In this document: one piece after another, positions 19,861-27,966 of the stretch
How the letters are laid out: each line of letters opens with the position of its first letter
Numbering within the stretch: the stretch's first letter is position 1
Origin: Candidatus Gottesmanbacteria bacterium RIFCSPLOWO2_01_FULL_43_11b
GTDB taxonomy: Bacteria; Patescibacteriota; Microgenomatia; UBA10105; UBA927
Direction of reading: 5' to 3'
Length of the DNA stretch: 64,000 nt
Assembly (NCBI GenBank): GCA_001780985.1
Contig: MFJV01000001.1
Span: 158,980 to 222,979 of the forward strand
Position numbers and translations under genes: made by a program
Notes under the pieces: generated by a model
Database searches by the model: none
What the model saw: the letters and a program-made list of their open reading frames with translations, nothing else
Told to the model about the DNA's origin: nothing

Positions 19861-21374
19861 AACTCCTTATTTGCCGCAGGATCCTGATTATATTTTTCCG
19901 CCTTGCCGAGTTTAATATAATATTCTGCACGTTGCAACTCTGTGCCGATGTAGATGAGGTGGCTGGGTAAAACCAAGTAATCGCCAATGTTGATCATTTG
20001 AATGTAGAGTTCCATCGCAGTTTTCCCCCGCCATTCTTTGAGAAGCAATCCTCCCTCTGGCGCGTAGAGCTTCACTACAATTTCATATATTTTTGATTTT
20101 TCGGCATACTTTGTCGGTCTGCCTACTTGATTTGACTGCTCAATTTCTATTGTTATATTTCCACGCCTGTCATCCTCAAACATTTGACGACTCGTATATC
20201 CTAGTTCTTTATCGTAGTTATCTTTGAGTATTTTTTCGACAAGTTCGTAATCGTCGCTATAGATATGGGCTGAATGGGTAATCATGACAAACGGGCCCAT
20301 TGTGTAGTCCGTCTCGTCGCTGACGAGTTTTTGGAGCTTCAAGAGACTAAACACGTTTCGCGGCCACCCGTGCACCATATCCTGACTTCGAAAGTGCGTT
20401 GTACAAAAGAGTTTGCTGTCTTGAATGGAAAATAACACTTGGGTGAGGCAAGGTGTATCACCTTTATTTACCTGATTCCAGTCTTCGCTCACTTTTGCAG
20501 TAAAAGCAACCATTTTTTTGCTAAACGGCCGATTTTTGATAAGTTCAATAATCTTTGCGATCTGATCGACATTGTCATGATTCCGTAATCTCTGACCGTA
20601 TGTATAAGCTATACCGGAAATTTGTTTAGCGGAAAGCACTTGCGGGTAATATTGTAAAAGCTCTGTTTTAGAAAACGGAAAATAGTGCGGTAAATACGGA
20701 TCTTCTGGATTCTCTTTATACACAACTGCCATCACGTTGAGAAGCTCTTTGAGTTCATTTTCCTGGGTATATCGTGTTTGCTTATTTCTCCCGTAACGCA
20801 TAATATTTTGAAGAATTTTAAGCCAGGTTTGGGCCGCTGTATCGCCGTCAATACGAAACCCAATCTGTTCACTGGGGTATGTGAAAGGCTTTGGTCTACT
20901 CGTTGGGAAAACCTTGGGTTTTGTGAAGGGTTGAACACGCTCCTTACTCAATATATCAACCGTCTTTTGGAGCTCACTGACGGGCTTTCCGCGAAGATTG
21001 ATCACTTCTACACTTTTTCGAAACTGGTCAATAGCATCTTTTCCAATCTCTTTTTCTATCTGCCCCTTCTTTTCGTCACCGACGATGAAAAACTCATTGT
21101 CTACCCCATTTTGCATGAGATTTACTAGCGCCTGCCCGCTTCTCGATAAATCAGCACCCCATAGCACTATTTTCCTCACATGCGGGTTTGCATAGATATT
21201 CCGAATCATGGCTGAAATTCCGGCCGACGAGTAGAGATTCCCGATTGCACAGTAATTTGTGGCCTCAAGCATCTTGGCCACTACCTGTCGTTCCGTCCAC
21301 ATAACGGCAACCCCCACGGGATTGTTCGGATCTTTCACTTGGAGCACGTGACGATATAGTATTGGCCAATCCAT
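19857..21374 (-). CDS. thymidylate synthase (ThyA)-like protein with an extra N-terminal domain (~170 aa) and C-terminal domain (~125 aa)
   Basis: Central region, residues ~175-375: YGQRLRNHDNVDQIAKIIELIKNRPFSKKMVAFTA...PCLTQVLFSIQDSKLFCTTHFRSQDMVHGWPRNVFS...ITHSAHIY. This matches the ThyA core (YGxQWR, IDQI..V, PCH, RS.D, GD.HIY). Confidence 0.6.
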   Translation of the reverse strand: MDWPILYRHVLQVKDPNNPVGVAVMWTERQVVAKMLEATNYCAIGNLYSSAGISAMIRNIYANPHVRKIVLWGADLSRSGQALVNLMQNGVDNEFFIVGDEKKGQIEKEIGKDAIDQFRKSVEVINLRGKPVSELQKTVDILSKERVQPFTKPKVFPTSRPKPFTYPSEQIGFRIDGDTAAQTWLKILQNIMRYGRNKQTRYTQENELKELLNVMAVVYKENPEDPYLPHYFPFSKTELLQYYPQVLSAKQISGIAYTYGQRLRNHDNVDQIAKIIELIKNRPFSKKMVAFTAKVSEDWNQVNKGDTPCLTQVLFSIQDSKLFCTTHFRSQDMVHGWPRNVFSLLKLQKLVSDETDYTMGPFVMITHSAHIYSDDYELVEKILKDNYDKELGYTSRQMFEDDRRGNITIEIEQSNQVGRPTKYAEKSKIYEIVVKLYAPEGGLLLKEWRGKTAMELYIQMINIGDYLVLPSHLIYIGTELQRAEYYIKLGKAEKYNQDPAANKEL

Positions 21375-21973
21375 TATCTTTCCATTCCTATCTTACTTGG
21401 CAGGGGCTTACGCTGACCGATATATTTTGCGGTCTTACGCTTGTAGTACGGCATTTGTGCTGGGCTTGTAAGTTCTTCAAATACTATTGAGCAAATACGC
21501 ATCCCGGGGTATAACATGACTGGGATTCTGCCCATATTGGCAAGTTCCAGTGTGATATGCCCCCGAAATCCAGCGTCTATATTTGCTGCTGTTGAGTGCA
21601 CGACTACCCCCATCCGTCCGATTGAAGACCTACCCTCAAGCTCACCGGTCAAATCTGCCGGCATTTCTATGTATTCGCGAGTTACCGCAAGAATAAATTC
21701 GCCGGAGTGGATGGTAAACGCTTCCCCGTTTTTCACTCTCACTTCGTGAGTGAGATCTATAAGTGTTGACGGGTCTTTGGGATCGATATATGGGGTTTTG
21801 CTGTGATTAAATACCCTATACACATTGCCTAACCGTAAATCCAGTTTACAGCTTCCGAGCTGCTCTTCGAAATTTGGCTTCGGCACTATCTTTACTTTTC
21901 CGCTTCTTATTGCCTTTTTAATATCACGGTCGGAGAGAATCATGGAGAAAGTATAGGGAAATTTATTCACCAA
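21374..21973 (-). CDS. dcd: dCTP deaminase (dUTPase superfamily)
   Basis: 199 aa. MILSDRDIKKAI...KLDLRLGN...AANIDAGFRGHITLEL, typical of Dcd. Confidence 0.8.
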   Translation of the reverse strand: MVNKFPYTFSMILSDRDIKKAIRSGKVKIVPKPNFEEQLGSCKLDLRLGNVYRVFNHSKTPYIDPKDPSTLIDLTHEVRVKNGEAFTIHSGEFILAVTREYIEMPADLTGELEGRSSIGRMGVVVHSTAANIDAGFRGHITLELANMGRIPVMLYPGMRICSIVFEELTSPAQMPYYKRKTAKYIGQRKPLPSKIGMER

Positions 21974-22061
21974 TACAAGCTACAATCCAAAAACTAATAG
22001 AAAACGTCTCACCTCAACGATCTCTTGACCCACACATACGCTATGATGTATTATCCCAAAC

Positions 22062-22397
22062 ATGAAAATAGAAACACTAGAACAATTAGCTGAAGACGGT
22101 GCTGCATCTCGAATTGTTCCAGTTGAGCCACTTGAGCTTAAACATTGGAGGGGAATCCTACGACAGCTCGCTTCCAAATTTAAACCGTCGAAGTTTATAG
22201 GAATTCCAAGGTATCACAATGGCAAATTCACAAGGGAAGTGAGACCTTCTATTACCGTCAGGCGGGATCACCATTCACGAGCTGATGGTCACAGAGACGA
22301 TTGGGATAAAGAAAAACAAGCAAGAACAGCTCGTTTCAAAAATACACGAAAAGCTGAACCGGTTGAACCTGAAGATCTTGTATCTGATGGGGATTAA
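22062..22397 (+). CDS. hypothetical protein
   Basis: 111-aa ORF. A promoter-like TTGACC-N18-TATTAT lies upstream. Confidence 0.35.
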   Translation: MKIETLEQLAEDGAASRIVPVEPLELKHWRGILRQLASKFKPSKFIGIPRYHNGKFTREVRPSITVRRDHHSRADGHRDDWDKEKQARTARFKNTRKAEPVEPEDLVSDGD

Positions 22398-23068
22398 TTC
22401 TTCTTGAGGTATTTCCTTCTCTTTTCCTCACTCATTTTCTCAATTGCATAGCGGAGCATTGTGCGGGGCATGGATTTGTAATGTTTCTTCAAAAATCTTT
22501 CCTCTGCTTTTTGATCAATCTTCCCCACTTCCCGAAGCGCCCATCCCACGGCTTTATGCATAAGATCATGGGAGTCGTGCAAAAGTATTTCGGTAAGTTT
22601 GAGGGAATCGGAAATATCTTTCTCACGTAAAAATGCGAATGTAGAAATGACTGCGATTCTTCGTTCCCAGATATTTTTAGATTTTGCCAGTTTGTATAAC
22701 AACGTTCGCGGCTTATCCAAAAGAAAGGTGCCAAGTATTTTATGTGACGATAAATCTACAAGATCCCAGTTGTTTATATATTTTGTGTTACGAAGATAGA
22801 GATCAACAATTTCTTTCGTATTGCCTTTTCCGGTAAGAATAATAAGCGCGGTCAGGCGATACTCATGAATCGGGCTATGGAGTAATTTTTCAATGTCTGA
22901 TAGTGGAAGGTTCGCATACTTCCATGCGATTTTCCTCAATTGCGGTACGGTGAGCCCGATAAACACATCCCCCTCTCCGTACTCCCCCTTCCCCGTCTTA
23001 AAATATTTTGCCAGCAGTTTCGCTTTTTCCGGGTTCTTTTGACTTTGTAAATCTGATTGTATATTCAT
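22394..23068 (-). CDS. DNA alkylation repair protein (AlkD/AlkC-like HEAT-repeat glycosylase)
   Basis: LLAKYFKTGKGEYGEGDVFIGLTVPQLRKIA...NNWDLVDLSSHKILG...KAVGWALREVGK. Start set at the internal Met (MNIQ...) to avoid overlapping the divergent gene. Confidence 0.6.
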   Translation of the reverse strand: MNIQSDLQSQKNPEKAKLLAKYFKTGKGEYGEGDVFIGLTVPQLRKIAWKYANLPLSDIEKLLHSPIHEYRLTALIILTGKGNTKEIVDLYLRNTKYINNWDLVDLSSHKILGTFLLDKPRTLLYKLAKSKNIWERRIAVISTFAFLREKDISDSLKLTEILLHDSHDLMHKAVGWALREVGKIDQKAEERFLKKHYKSMPRTMLRYAIEKMSEEKRRKYLKKN

Positions 23069-23099
23069 AAAAATTCGATTTATTGTATCATTAAATTCT

Positions 23100-23711
23100 G
23101 TGATTGCCGAAATTATCTTTGATCTTGAGACGCAAAAATTGTTTAGTGAAATCGGAAGTTTTAATCCGAGTAAGTTGGGCGTGTCTATTATGTCCATGTA
23201 TGTGCGGGAAGTTTCTGAAAATCAGGAGGAGCTTAACGGCAAATTGTTAAGCTTTTGGGAAAATGAGCTTGAAAAATCGTGGGAAATATTTAAGAAGGCA
23301 AGGAGAATCATCGGTTTTAATTCAATTAAATTTGACAGTGAAGTCCTCAAACCGTATGCGCCGGTTACGTTTTCTCGTCTCCCCCACTTTGACATACTCG
23401 CGTATTTGCGGGAGAAACTTGGTCATGGTGTAAGTTTAGATGCACTTGCCACGGCAACATTAGGCCGGGAAAAAACTGAGGTAGGAACAAAAGCTGTTGC
23501 GTATTGGCAGAGTGGCAAGCCCGAAGACCTCAAGAAACTCCAAGCGTACTGCGAAGCTGATGTGCTGTTAACTCGTGATGTTTATGACTACGCAATTAAA
23601 AACAAAATGCTCAAATACAGAGACAAATGGAATACACTCCGATCTGTTACGGTAGATTTTTCGTATCCGCAAGAGGTACTGGATGCATCGCGGCAGATCG
23701 GGCTGTTTTAG
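23100..23711 (+). CDS. DEDD-type 3'-5' exonuclease (RNase H-like fold)
   Basis: IIFDLETQ (Exo I) ... YCEADVLLTRDVY (Exo III, DEDDy/h-like). Confidence 0.55.
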   Translation: MIAEIIFDLETQKLFSEIGSFNPSKLGVSIMSMYVREVSENQEELNGKLLSFWENELEKSWEIFKKARRIIGFNSIKFDSEVLKPYAPVTFSRLPHFDILAYLREKLGHGVSLDALATATLGREKTEVGTKAVAYWQSGKPEDLKKLQAYCEADVLLTRDVYDYAIKNKMLKYRDKWNTLRSVTVDFSYPQEVLDASRQIGLF

Positions 23712-24906
23712 TCGATCTATGGAGGAGTACTCCGATAAGTATTGGTATAATGGGAAGCACTCGAAGCCATAACCGCGTCACAGCAATTTCGTCTCCAAAC
23801 TGCAGGAAAATGTAAAGCAAAATAAATCCTGCAACTCGAAATACGCTTATCACAACCGACTGTTCAAGTAATAAATGATATTTATTCTTCCATCCTCCGG
23901 GAGATGCATCAAGCACACGATAAACCTCAAGTGTCAGAGCATTCACATAAAAGGCCGCTGTCATTCCTAAAACAAGTATATACACCCATCCGCCAAAAAT
24001 AGTATCGAATGATCCCAATGAATACACTGCGATAACGGTGCCTATTACTCCTATCCAAAACCCATACCGATACCGTTTGAGAAATGCAATCGAGACAATG
24101 CTGCCGATTGCTCCCAAAGCGGAGGCGACTGTTAATGCAAGTCCAAGTGCCGCTTCCCCTCTCAAAAGTATGTACAGCAAGATTCCGGATACTGTTGACA
24201 ATGCAACGTCGAAAAATCCCATAAGCCCTTGCTGCCACAGCACAAGACCCCATCGTGTACTTCGACGGTGGTGTATTACGTGTCTATACGAAAATTGCGG
24301 TGGATCATGAGAAGGAAGTTTCTCTATAAGAATGACCGCTGCAGTCAAAATGGTAAACACGATGAGAAACAAAATCGCGTAACCTGTTGAAATCGATCCT
24401 GATAACTGTCCGATGCCGGCAATTATCCAGCCGCCCAAAACCGGCCCCAATGCGCTGGCAAAATTTATGAGCGCAAGATTCCAACCGATATACTCCGCAC
24501 GTCTTCCGGAATGGGTAAGTATATACTGATTGAGGTTAAACGCGGACCAGTAGTTACCGCCGGAAAATCCGCCTAAGATACCTAATGGCACTAAATACGC
24601 AATGCTCCTTTCCTTGAAGAAAAACAGTAGGAAATAATACAGGGCGCTTGCCAGAAAACTTATTTTCATCATAAGCCCTGATGAAATTTTCCGTAGCGTT
24701 ATTCCTGAAAGTCCGTAGAAAAATGCGAATGATGTAAATGAAACGATGTTATAAAAAATTGTGGTTTTAAGGTCGCTATGGGCAAAGAAAAACACGCTGA
24801 CAAACACCCCTGCAAGGGCGTAGGAGAGAAAGTTTAAAAATTGGATGATTATGAGCTTACGCTCTTCGTTAGATAAATTCCGCATATTTAGCCCATTGTA
24901 ACGCAA
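23647..24906 (-). CDS. MFS transporter
   Basis: 419 aa. Twelve predicted hydrophobic segments and MFS-like loop motifs. Confidence 0.65.
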   Translation of the reverse strand: MRYNGLNMRNLSNEERKLIIIQFLNFLSYALAGVFVSVFFFAHSDLKTTIFYNIVSFTSFAFFYGLSGITLRKISSGLMMKISFLASALYYFLLFFFKERSIAYLVPLGILGGFSGGNYWSAFNLNQYILTHSGRRAEYIGWNLALINFASALGPVLGGWIIAGIGQLSGSISTGYAILFLIVFTILTAAVILIEKLPSHDPPQFSYRHVIHHRRSTRWGLVLWQQGLMGFFDVALSTVSGILLYILLRGEAALGLALTVASALGAIGSIVSIAFLKRYRYGFWIGVIGTVIAVYSLGSFDTIFGGWVYILVLGMTAAFYVNALTLEVYRVLDASPGGWKNKYHLLLEQSVVISVFRVAGFILLYIFLQFGDEIAVTRLWLRVLPIIPILIGVLLHRSTKTARSAAMHPVPLADTKNLP

Positions 24907-24938
24907 AAAACATTTTTCTCAAAGGTACCGAGCCGCCG

Positions 24939-24958
24939 CCTGCCTGCCGGCAGGCAGG
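24939..24958. repeat. 20-bp perfect palindrome CCTGCCTGCCGGCAGGCAGG (copy 2 of 3)
   Basis: Exact match to copies at 6205-6224 and 37006-37025. Lies 37 nt upstream of the msrB ATG, inside an in-frame extension that lacks an ATG. Confidence 0.9.
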
Positions 24959-24994
24959 TTTAGTGGAAAATACTACAACAACCACGATCCCGGA

Positions 24995-25258
24995 ATGTAT
25001 GTTTGTGTTTCGTGTGGGAATAAATTATTCAGTAGCGACACCAAATACGATAGCGGCACCGGCTGGCCGAGTTTTTGGAAAACTTCGGGAAAAGTAAAAA
25101 CGAGTGAGGATCATTCTATGGGAATGATTCGCACCGAGGTTATGTGCGGAAACTGTAGCGCACACCTCGGACATGTCTTTAATGACGGCCCTCGAGACAA
25201 AACCGGTCTACGCTACTGCATTAATTCCCTCGCCCTCGATTTTCGACCGAAGGAGTGA
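24995..25258 (+). CDS. msrB: peptide-methionine (R)-S-oxide reductase MsrB (short N-terminus)
   Basis: CVSCG...GTGWPSFW...[16 protein letters not shown]...RYCINS. The in-frame upstream extension (..[13 protein letters not shown]) continues MsrB-like sequence. Confidence 0.8.
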   Translation: MYVCVSCGNKLFSSDTKYDSGTGWPSFWKTSGKVKTSEDHSMGMIRTEVMCGNCSAHLGHVFNDGPRDKTGLRYCINSLALDFRPKE

Positions 25259-25266
25259 TATGCACT

Positions 25267-26853
25267 CTAAAGGTAACCACCGTCTCTCAGGTGTGTTTCT
25301 ATATCTTTCTCAGAAAACCCTATTTTTTGGGCTATTTTATCCGCATGACTGGAAGTCGAAATACCAGGAACCAATTTAAAGGTTGGGTGATCACCATCAA
25401 ACTCCACTTGTAGGAACTGTCCTTTCTCTTCTTCTTTGAAATCATAAACCAATTCATGGTTATGGGTAACCAAAACAGTAGTGCCACCTTTTTTCTCGAA
25501 ACCATTCAAAACTGCCTGTGAGACCTGCATTTTCTCCTCTCTTGTTGTTCCTTCTGCCAACTCGTCCAGAACAACTAAACTTTTTGACCCGATAGAAAAA
25601 AAGATGTCGCGGGTTCTTGAAAGTTCGGTCCCAAACCGTCCTTCAGAATCTTCCAGAGCATCAAATTTCGGAGCTTGGTAAGCAATCTTTGTAGCCACAT
25701 TAATGACAGCGTTTTTTGCCAAAATGTCGCATCCTATTTGAGCCATAAGCTGACTCTGCACCACAGTTTTGCAGATTGTGGTTTTACCGCCACTATTTGG
25801 GCCTGTCACAAAGATAAGACCACGTAAGTCTACGGCATTTGGAACAAAATTTTCATCCTCCTTACCTAAAACAGGATTTCTTAGATCTTCAGCCTTAAAA
25901 GAATGACTGTTGTTATCTGTAATTTTGGGCGTAACCGTTGAGCTGGCCGCGGTTTTTGAGAACTCGAGGAAAGAGTTTAATTCATCTACTTTGCCGACTA
26001 CATCAACAGCCTGCAAAAATATTTGATTTTTTTGAGCAAGTTCATTTAAAGGCTGAATAAACGTTCGAAGATCAATTGTTGGTTTGACCCGATTTGCCAT
26101 CATTCCAAACATTGGCAGATATAAATTAATGATAAGGTAAAGGTCCATTTTATCGTCAAAAATGCTTAGTACTTCCTTTTGTTTAAATCCGGTAAACGCT
26201 GAGATTGCAAAAAATCCAAATGGGATCATCGGAATGATTGTTGAAGGACCGAAGCTCGTTGGCCAAAATCTTCTTTTTAGAGTCCAAAATCGAACCTCCT
26301 CTTTTGATTTTAATCCCTGTCTTGTTTTATAGATTGGACCTCTCATGAGCTGATAGACCGAAGACTTTTCGTAACTCTTAATAACGTCGGCTAAATTTTT
26401 AAGATACGCAGATTCAGGTTTTGGGATAACTCTGGATATTTCTTTTAAGTCTGAGGCTGCTTTTGTCGCCAGTTTAAAATCTTTATACGGGAACATCGTA
26501 TCCAAATCGTCATTGATAAATTTAAGAAAAGAATCTTCGAGAGCCTTAAAATTTTCAAGATAATCAATAATTGGTTTTCTGATCCGGTCGTTATTTCTAA
26601 GCTCTGCAACTGCTTCCTGCTTTGCCTGCACCACATTAATATCCTGGGGTGGGTGGGTTAAAGACCGATACAGAGTCAATGAACCCAAAGAAGTTATCGT
26701 GTGGTTCAGAGACTCATGCAAGTCATCTACCTGAATGAGTCGAAGTGATTCGCGGTCAGTGACCCCATCTTCGAGTTCATCAAGTAAGTCGTTGTGAATT
26801 ATTTGTAAAAGAGGTTTCTCACCTCTTGCGGTAAATCTGAGATGCTCAACCAT
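25267..26853 (-). CDS. MutS-family ATPase (MutS domain V; no Smr domain)
   Basis: FVTGPNSGGKTT Walker A ... LVVLDELAEGTT Walker B/DE. Start set at the internal Met, MVEHL. Confidence 0.6.
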   Translation of the reverse strand: MVEHLRFTARGEKPLLQIIHNDLLDELEDGVTDRESLRLIQVDDLHESLNHTITSLGSLTLYRSLTHPPQDINVVQAKQEAVAELRNNDRIRKPIIDYLENFKALEDSFLKFINDDLDTMFPYKDFKLATKAASDLKEISRVIPKPESAYLKNLADVIKSYEKSSVYQLMRGPIYKTRQGLKSKEEVRFWTLKRRFWPTSFGPSTIIPMIPFGFFAISAFTGFKQKEVLSIFDDKMDLYLIINLYLPMFGMMANRVKPTIDLRTFIQPLNELAQKNQIFLQAVDVVGKVDELNSFLEFSKTAASSTVTPKITDNNSHSFKAEDLRNPVLGKEDENFVPNAVDLRGLIFVTGPNSGGKTTICKTVVQSQLMAQIGCDILAKNAVINVATKIAYQAPKFDALEDSEGRFGTELSRTRDIFFSIGSKSLVVLDELAEGTTREEKMQVSQAVLNGFEKKGGTTVLVTHNHELVYDFKEEEKGQFLQVEFDGDHPTFKLVPGISTSSHADKIAQKIGFSEKDIETHLRDGGYL

Positions 26854-26866
26854 AGCGACTGGGGCA

Positions 26867-26894
26867 TTATAGCAGGTCTTTTGCCTTTTGCAAA
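26867..26894 (-). promoter_or_regulatory. sigma-70-like promoter for the MutS-like gene
   Basis: Minus strand: TTGCAA-N16-TATAAT, about 8 nt upstream of the start codon. Confidence 0.4.
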
Positions 26895-27053
26895 AAATCG
26901 GTCGGGGCGCCGAATTGGTAGCGGATTGCGATCCACGCCACCCCCGCAATAAGAGCAATGAGCAGGATTACCAAAAGTGTGAGAGGAAATTTCATCTACT
27001 CGTACAATAGCGGGAAGTAATGACACGTGCAGTTCGATGGAGCACAAAGTGTG

Positions 27054-27252
27054 TGGGTGATCCAGGGATCGAACCTGGGACCTCGTTCTTATATCACCCG
27101 AGTGATATTTCACGCAAAATGATAATGTGGGTGCGCATGGAATCGAACCATGTGCCTCTTTCTTATCAGGAAAGCGTTCTACCAGTGAACTACGCACCCT
27201 TCTTCATTTTGCGTGAACGCAGGAACGCGCTCTACCACTGAGCCAATCACCC
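27054..27252 (-). tRNA. interrupted tRNA-Ile(GAU)-like gene. Exons about 27220-27252 and 27054-27092. The 127-nt insert contains an intact tRNA-Ile.
   Basis: Exon 1: GGGTGATTGGCTCAGTGGTAGAGCGCGTTCCTG. Exon 2: ATAAGAACGAGGTCCCAGGTTCGATCCCTGGATCACCCA. Together they give a perfect cloverleaf (7/7 acceptor, canonical D- and T-arms, loop CUGAUAA). Confidence 0.5.
27128..27199 (-). tRNA. tRNA-Ile (anticodon GAU)
   Basis: GGGTGCGTAGTTCACTGGTAGAACGCTTTCCTGATAAGAAAGAGGCACATGGTTCGATTCCATGCGCACCCA. Confidence 0.9.
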
Positions 27253-27267
27253 TTTAAAACAAATTTG

Positions 27268-27339
27268 AGGTGCGGAGGGGAATCGAACCCCTGTGTTGCG
27301 GTTTTGCAGACCGCCGCGTTACCTCTTCGCCACCGCACC
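27268..27339 (-). tRNA. tRNA-Ala (anticodon UGC)
   Basis: GGTGCGGTGGCGAAGAGGTAACGCGGCGGTCTGCAAAACCGCAACACAGGGGTTCGATTCCCCTCCGCACC. Anticodon loop CTGCAAA. Confidence 0.9.
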
Positions 27340-27363
27340 AATATGACCAATTGTACCAGATAC

Positions 27364-27386
27364 AAAAAATCCCCTCAACGAGGGGT
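27364..27386 (-). terminator. rho-independent terminator
   Basis: Minus strand: ACCCCTCGTTGAGGGG hairpin followed by TTTTTT. Lies between ORF 27391-27702 and tRNA-Ala. Confidence 0.5.
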
Positions 27387-27390
27387 ATTG

Positions 27391-27702
27391 CTAGGATTGA
27401 TTGAAGACTTCTTGAGGAATTTTCTCTATTTCAAAAACAATTGCACCTTTAGGTAGAATGCATTTTGGTGTAACTCCTGCTTCTTTCGTCAGTTCATTAT
27501 TTTCTGCCACTAATCCAGCGGGACCACCGACTGTAACCGCCGAAAGAATTCCCTCTTTATATTTCAACGCTCTCAAAGCACGCATCGTATCAGCGGTTTG
27601 ATCGACAATATAAGAAAGGCTGACGTCGGTACCTCGATGAGATACCCAAACATGACCTTCAATTTCAATATTCCCTCCGCTTGTTAAATGCGCGCGTGGC
27701 AT
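27391..27702 (-). CDS. hypothetical protein encoded between the 16S 3' end and the tRNA cluster
   Basis: 103-aa ORF with non-repetitive composition (…TVGGPAGLVAENNELTKEAGVTPK…). No family recognised. Confidence 0.35.
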   Translation of the reverse strand: MPRAHLTSGGNIEIEGHVWVSHRGTDVSLSYIVDQTADTMRALRALKYKEGILSAVTVGGPAGLVAENNELTKEAGVTPKCILPKGAIVFEIEKIPQEVFNQS

Positions 27703-27966
27703 AGAGGTGTTAGTGTAGCAGGATTTCTTTTCTTTGACAATCGAATGGTGACAGGAAGAAATTGAGAGTTGTCACTCAACCATCTTTTATACACTAAAAG
27801 ACGATTTGCTCGAGAGTGACTTTGTCCCGCTCTCAGCGGGACGGATAATCAATCTCATCTTGAATTCCTCGCTCCGATTAGATCGGAGTGTAAATTCTCA
27901 ATGACACTGATTTTATAAATAGAAAGGAGGTGATCCATCCCCAGCTTCGGCTAGGGATACCTTGTT

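Noticed and set aside
19857-20400. N-terminal domain of the ThyA-like protein as DHFR (a bifunctional DHFR-TS)
   Set aside because: Domain order and size fit, but none of the DHFR signature motifs (GxxxxLPW, VIMGRKTWESIP, GGxxVY) are present. Kept only as an analogy in the finding.
26799-27197. 132-aa minus-strand ORF
   Set aside because: It spans the tRNA-Ile and tRNA-like genes and the MutS-like promoter. Translation of tRNA DNA gives the GFEPATY-type artefact.
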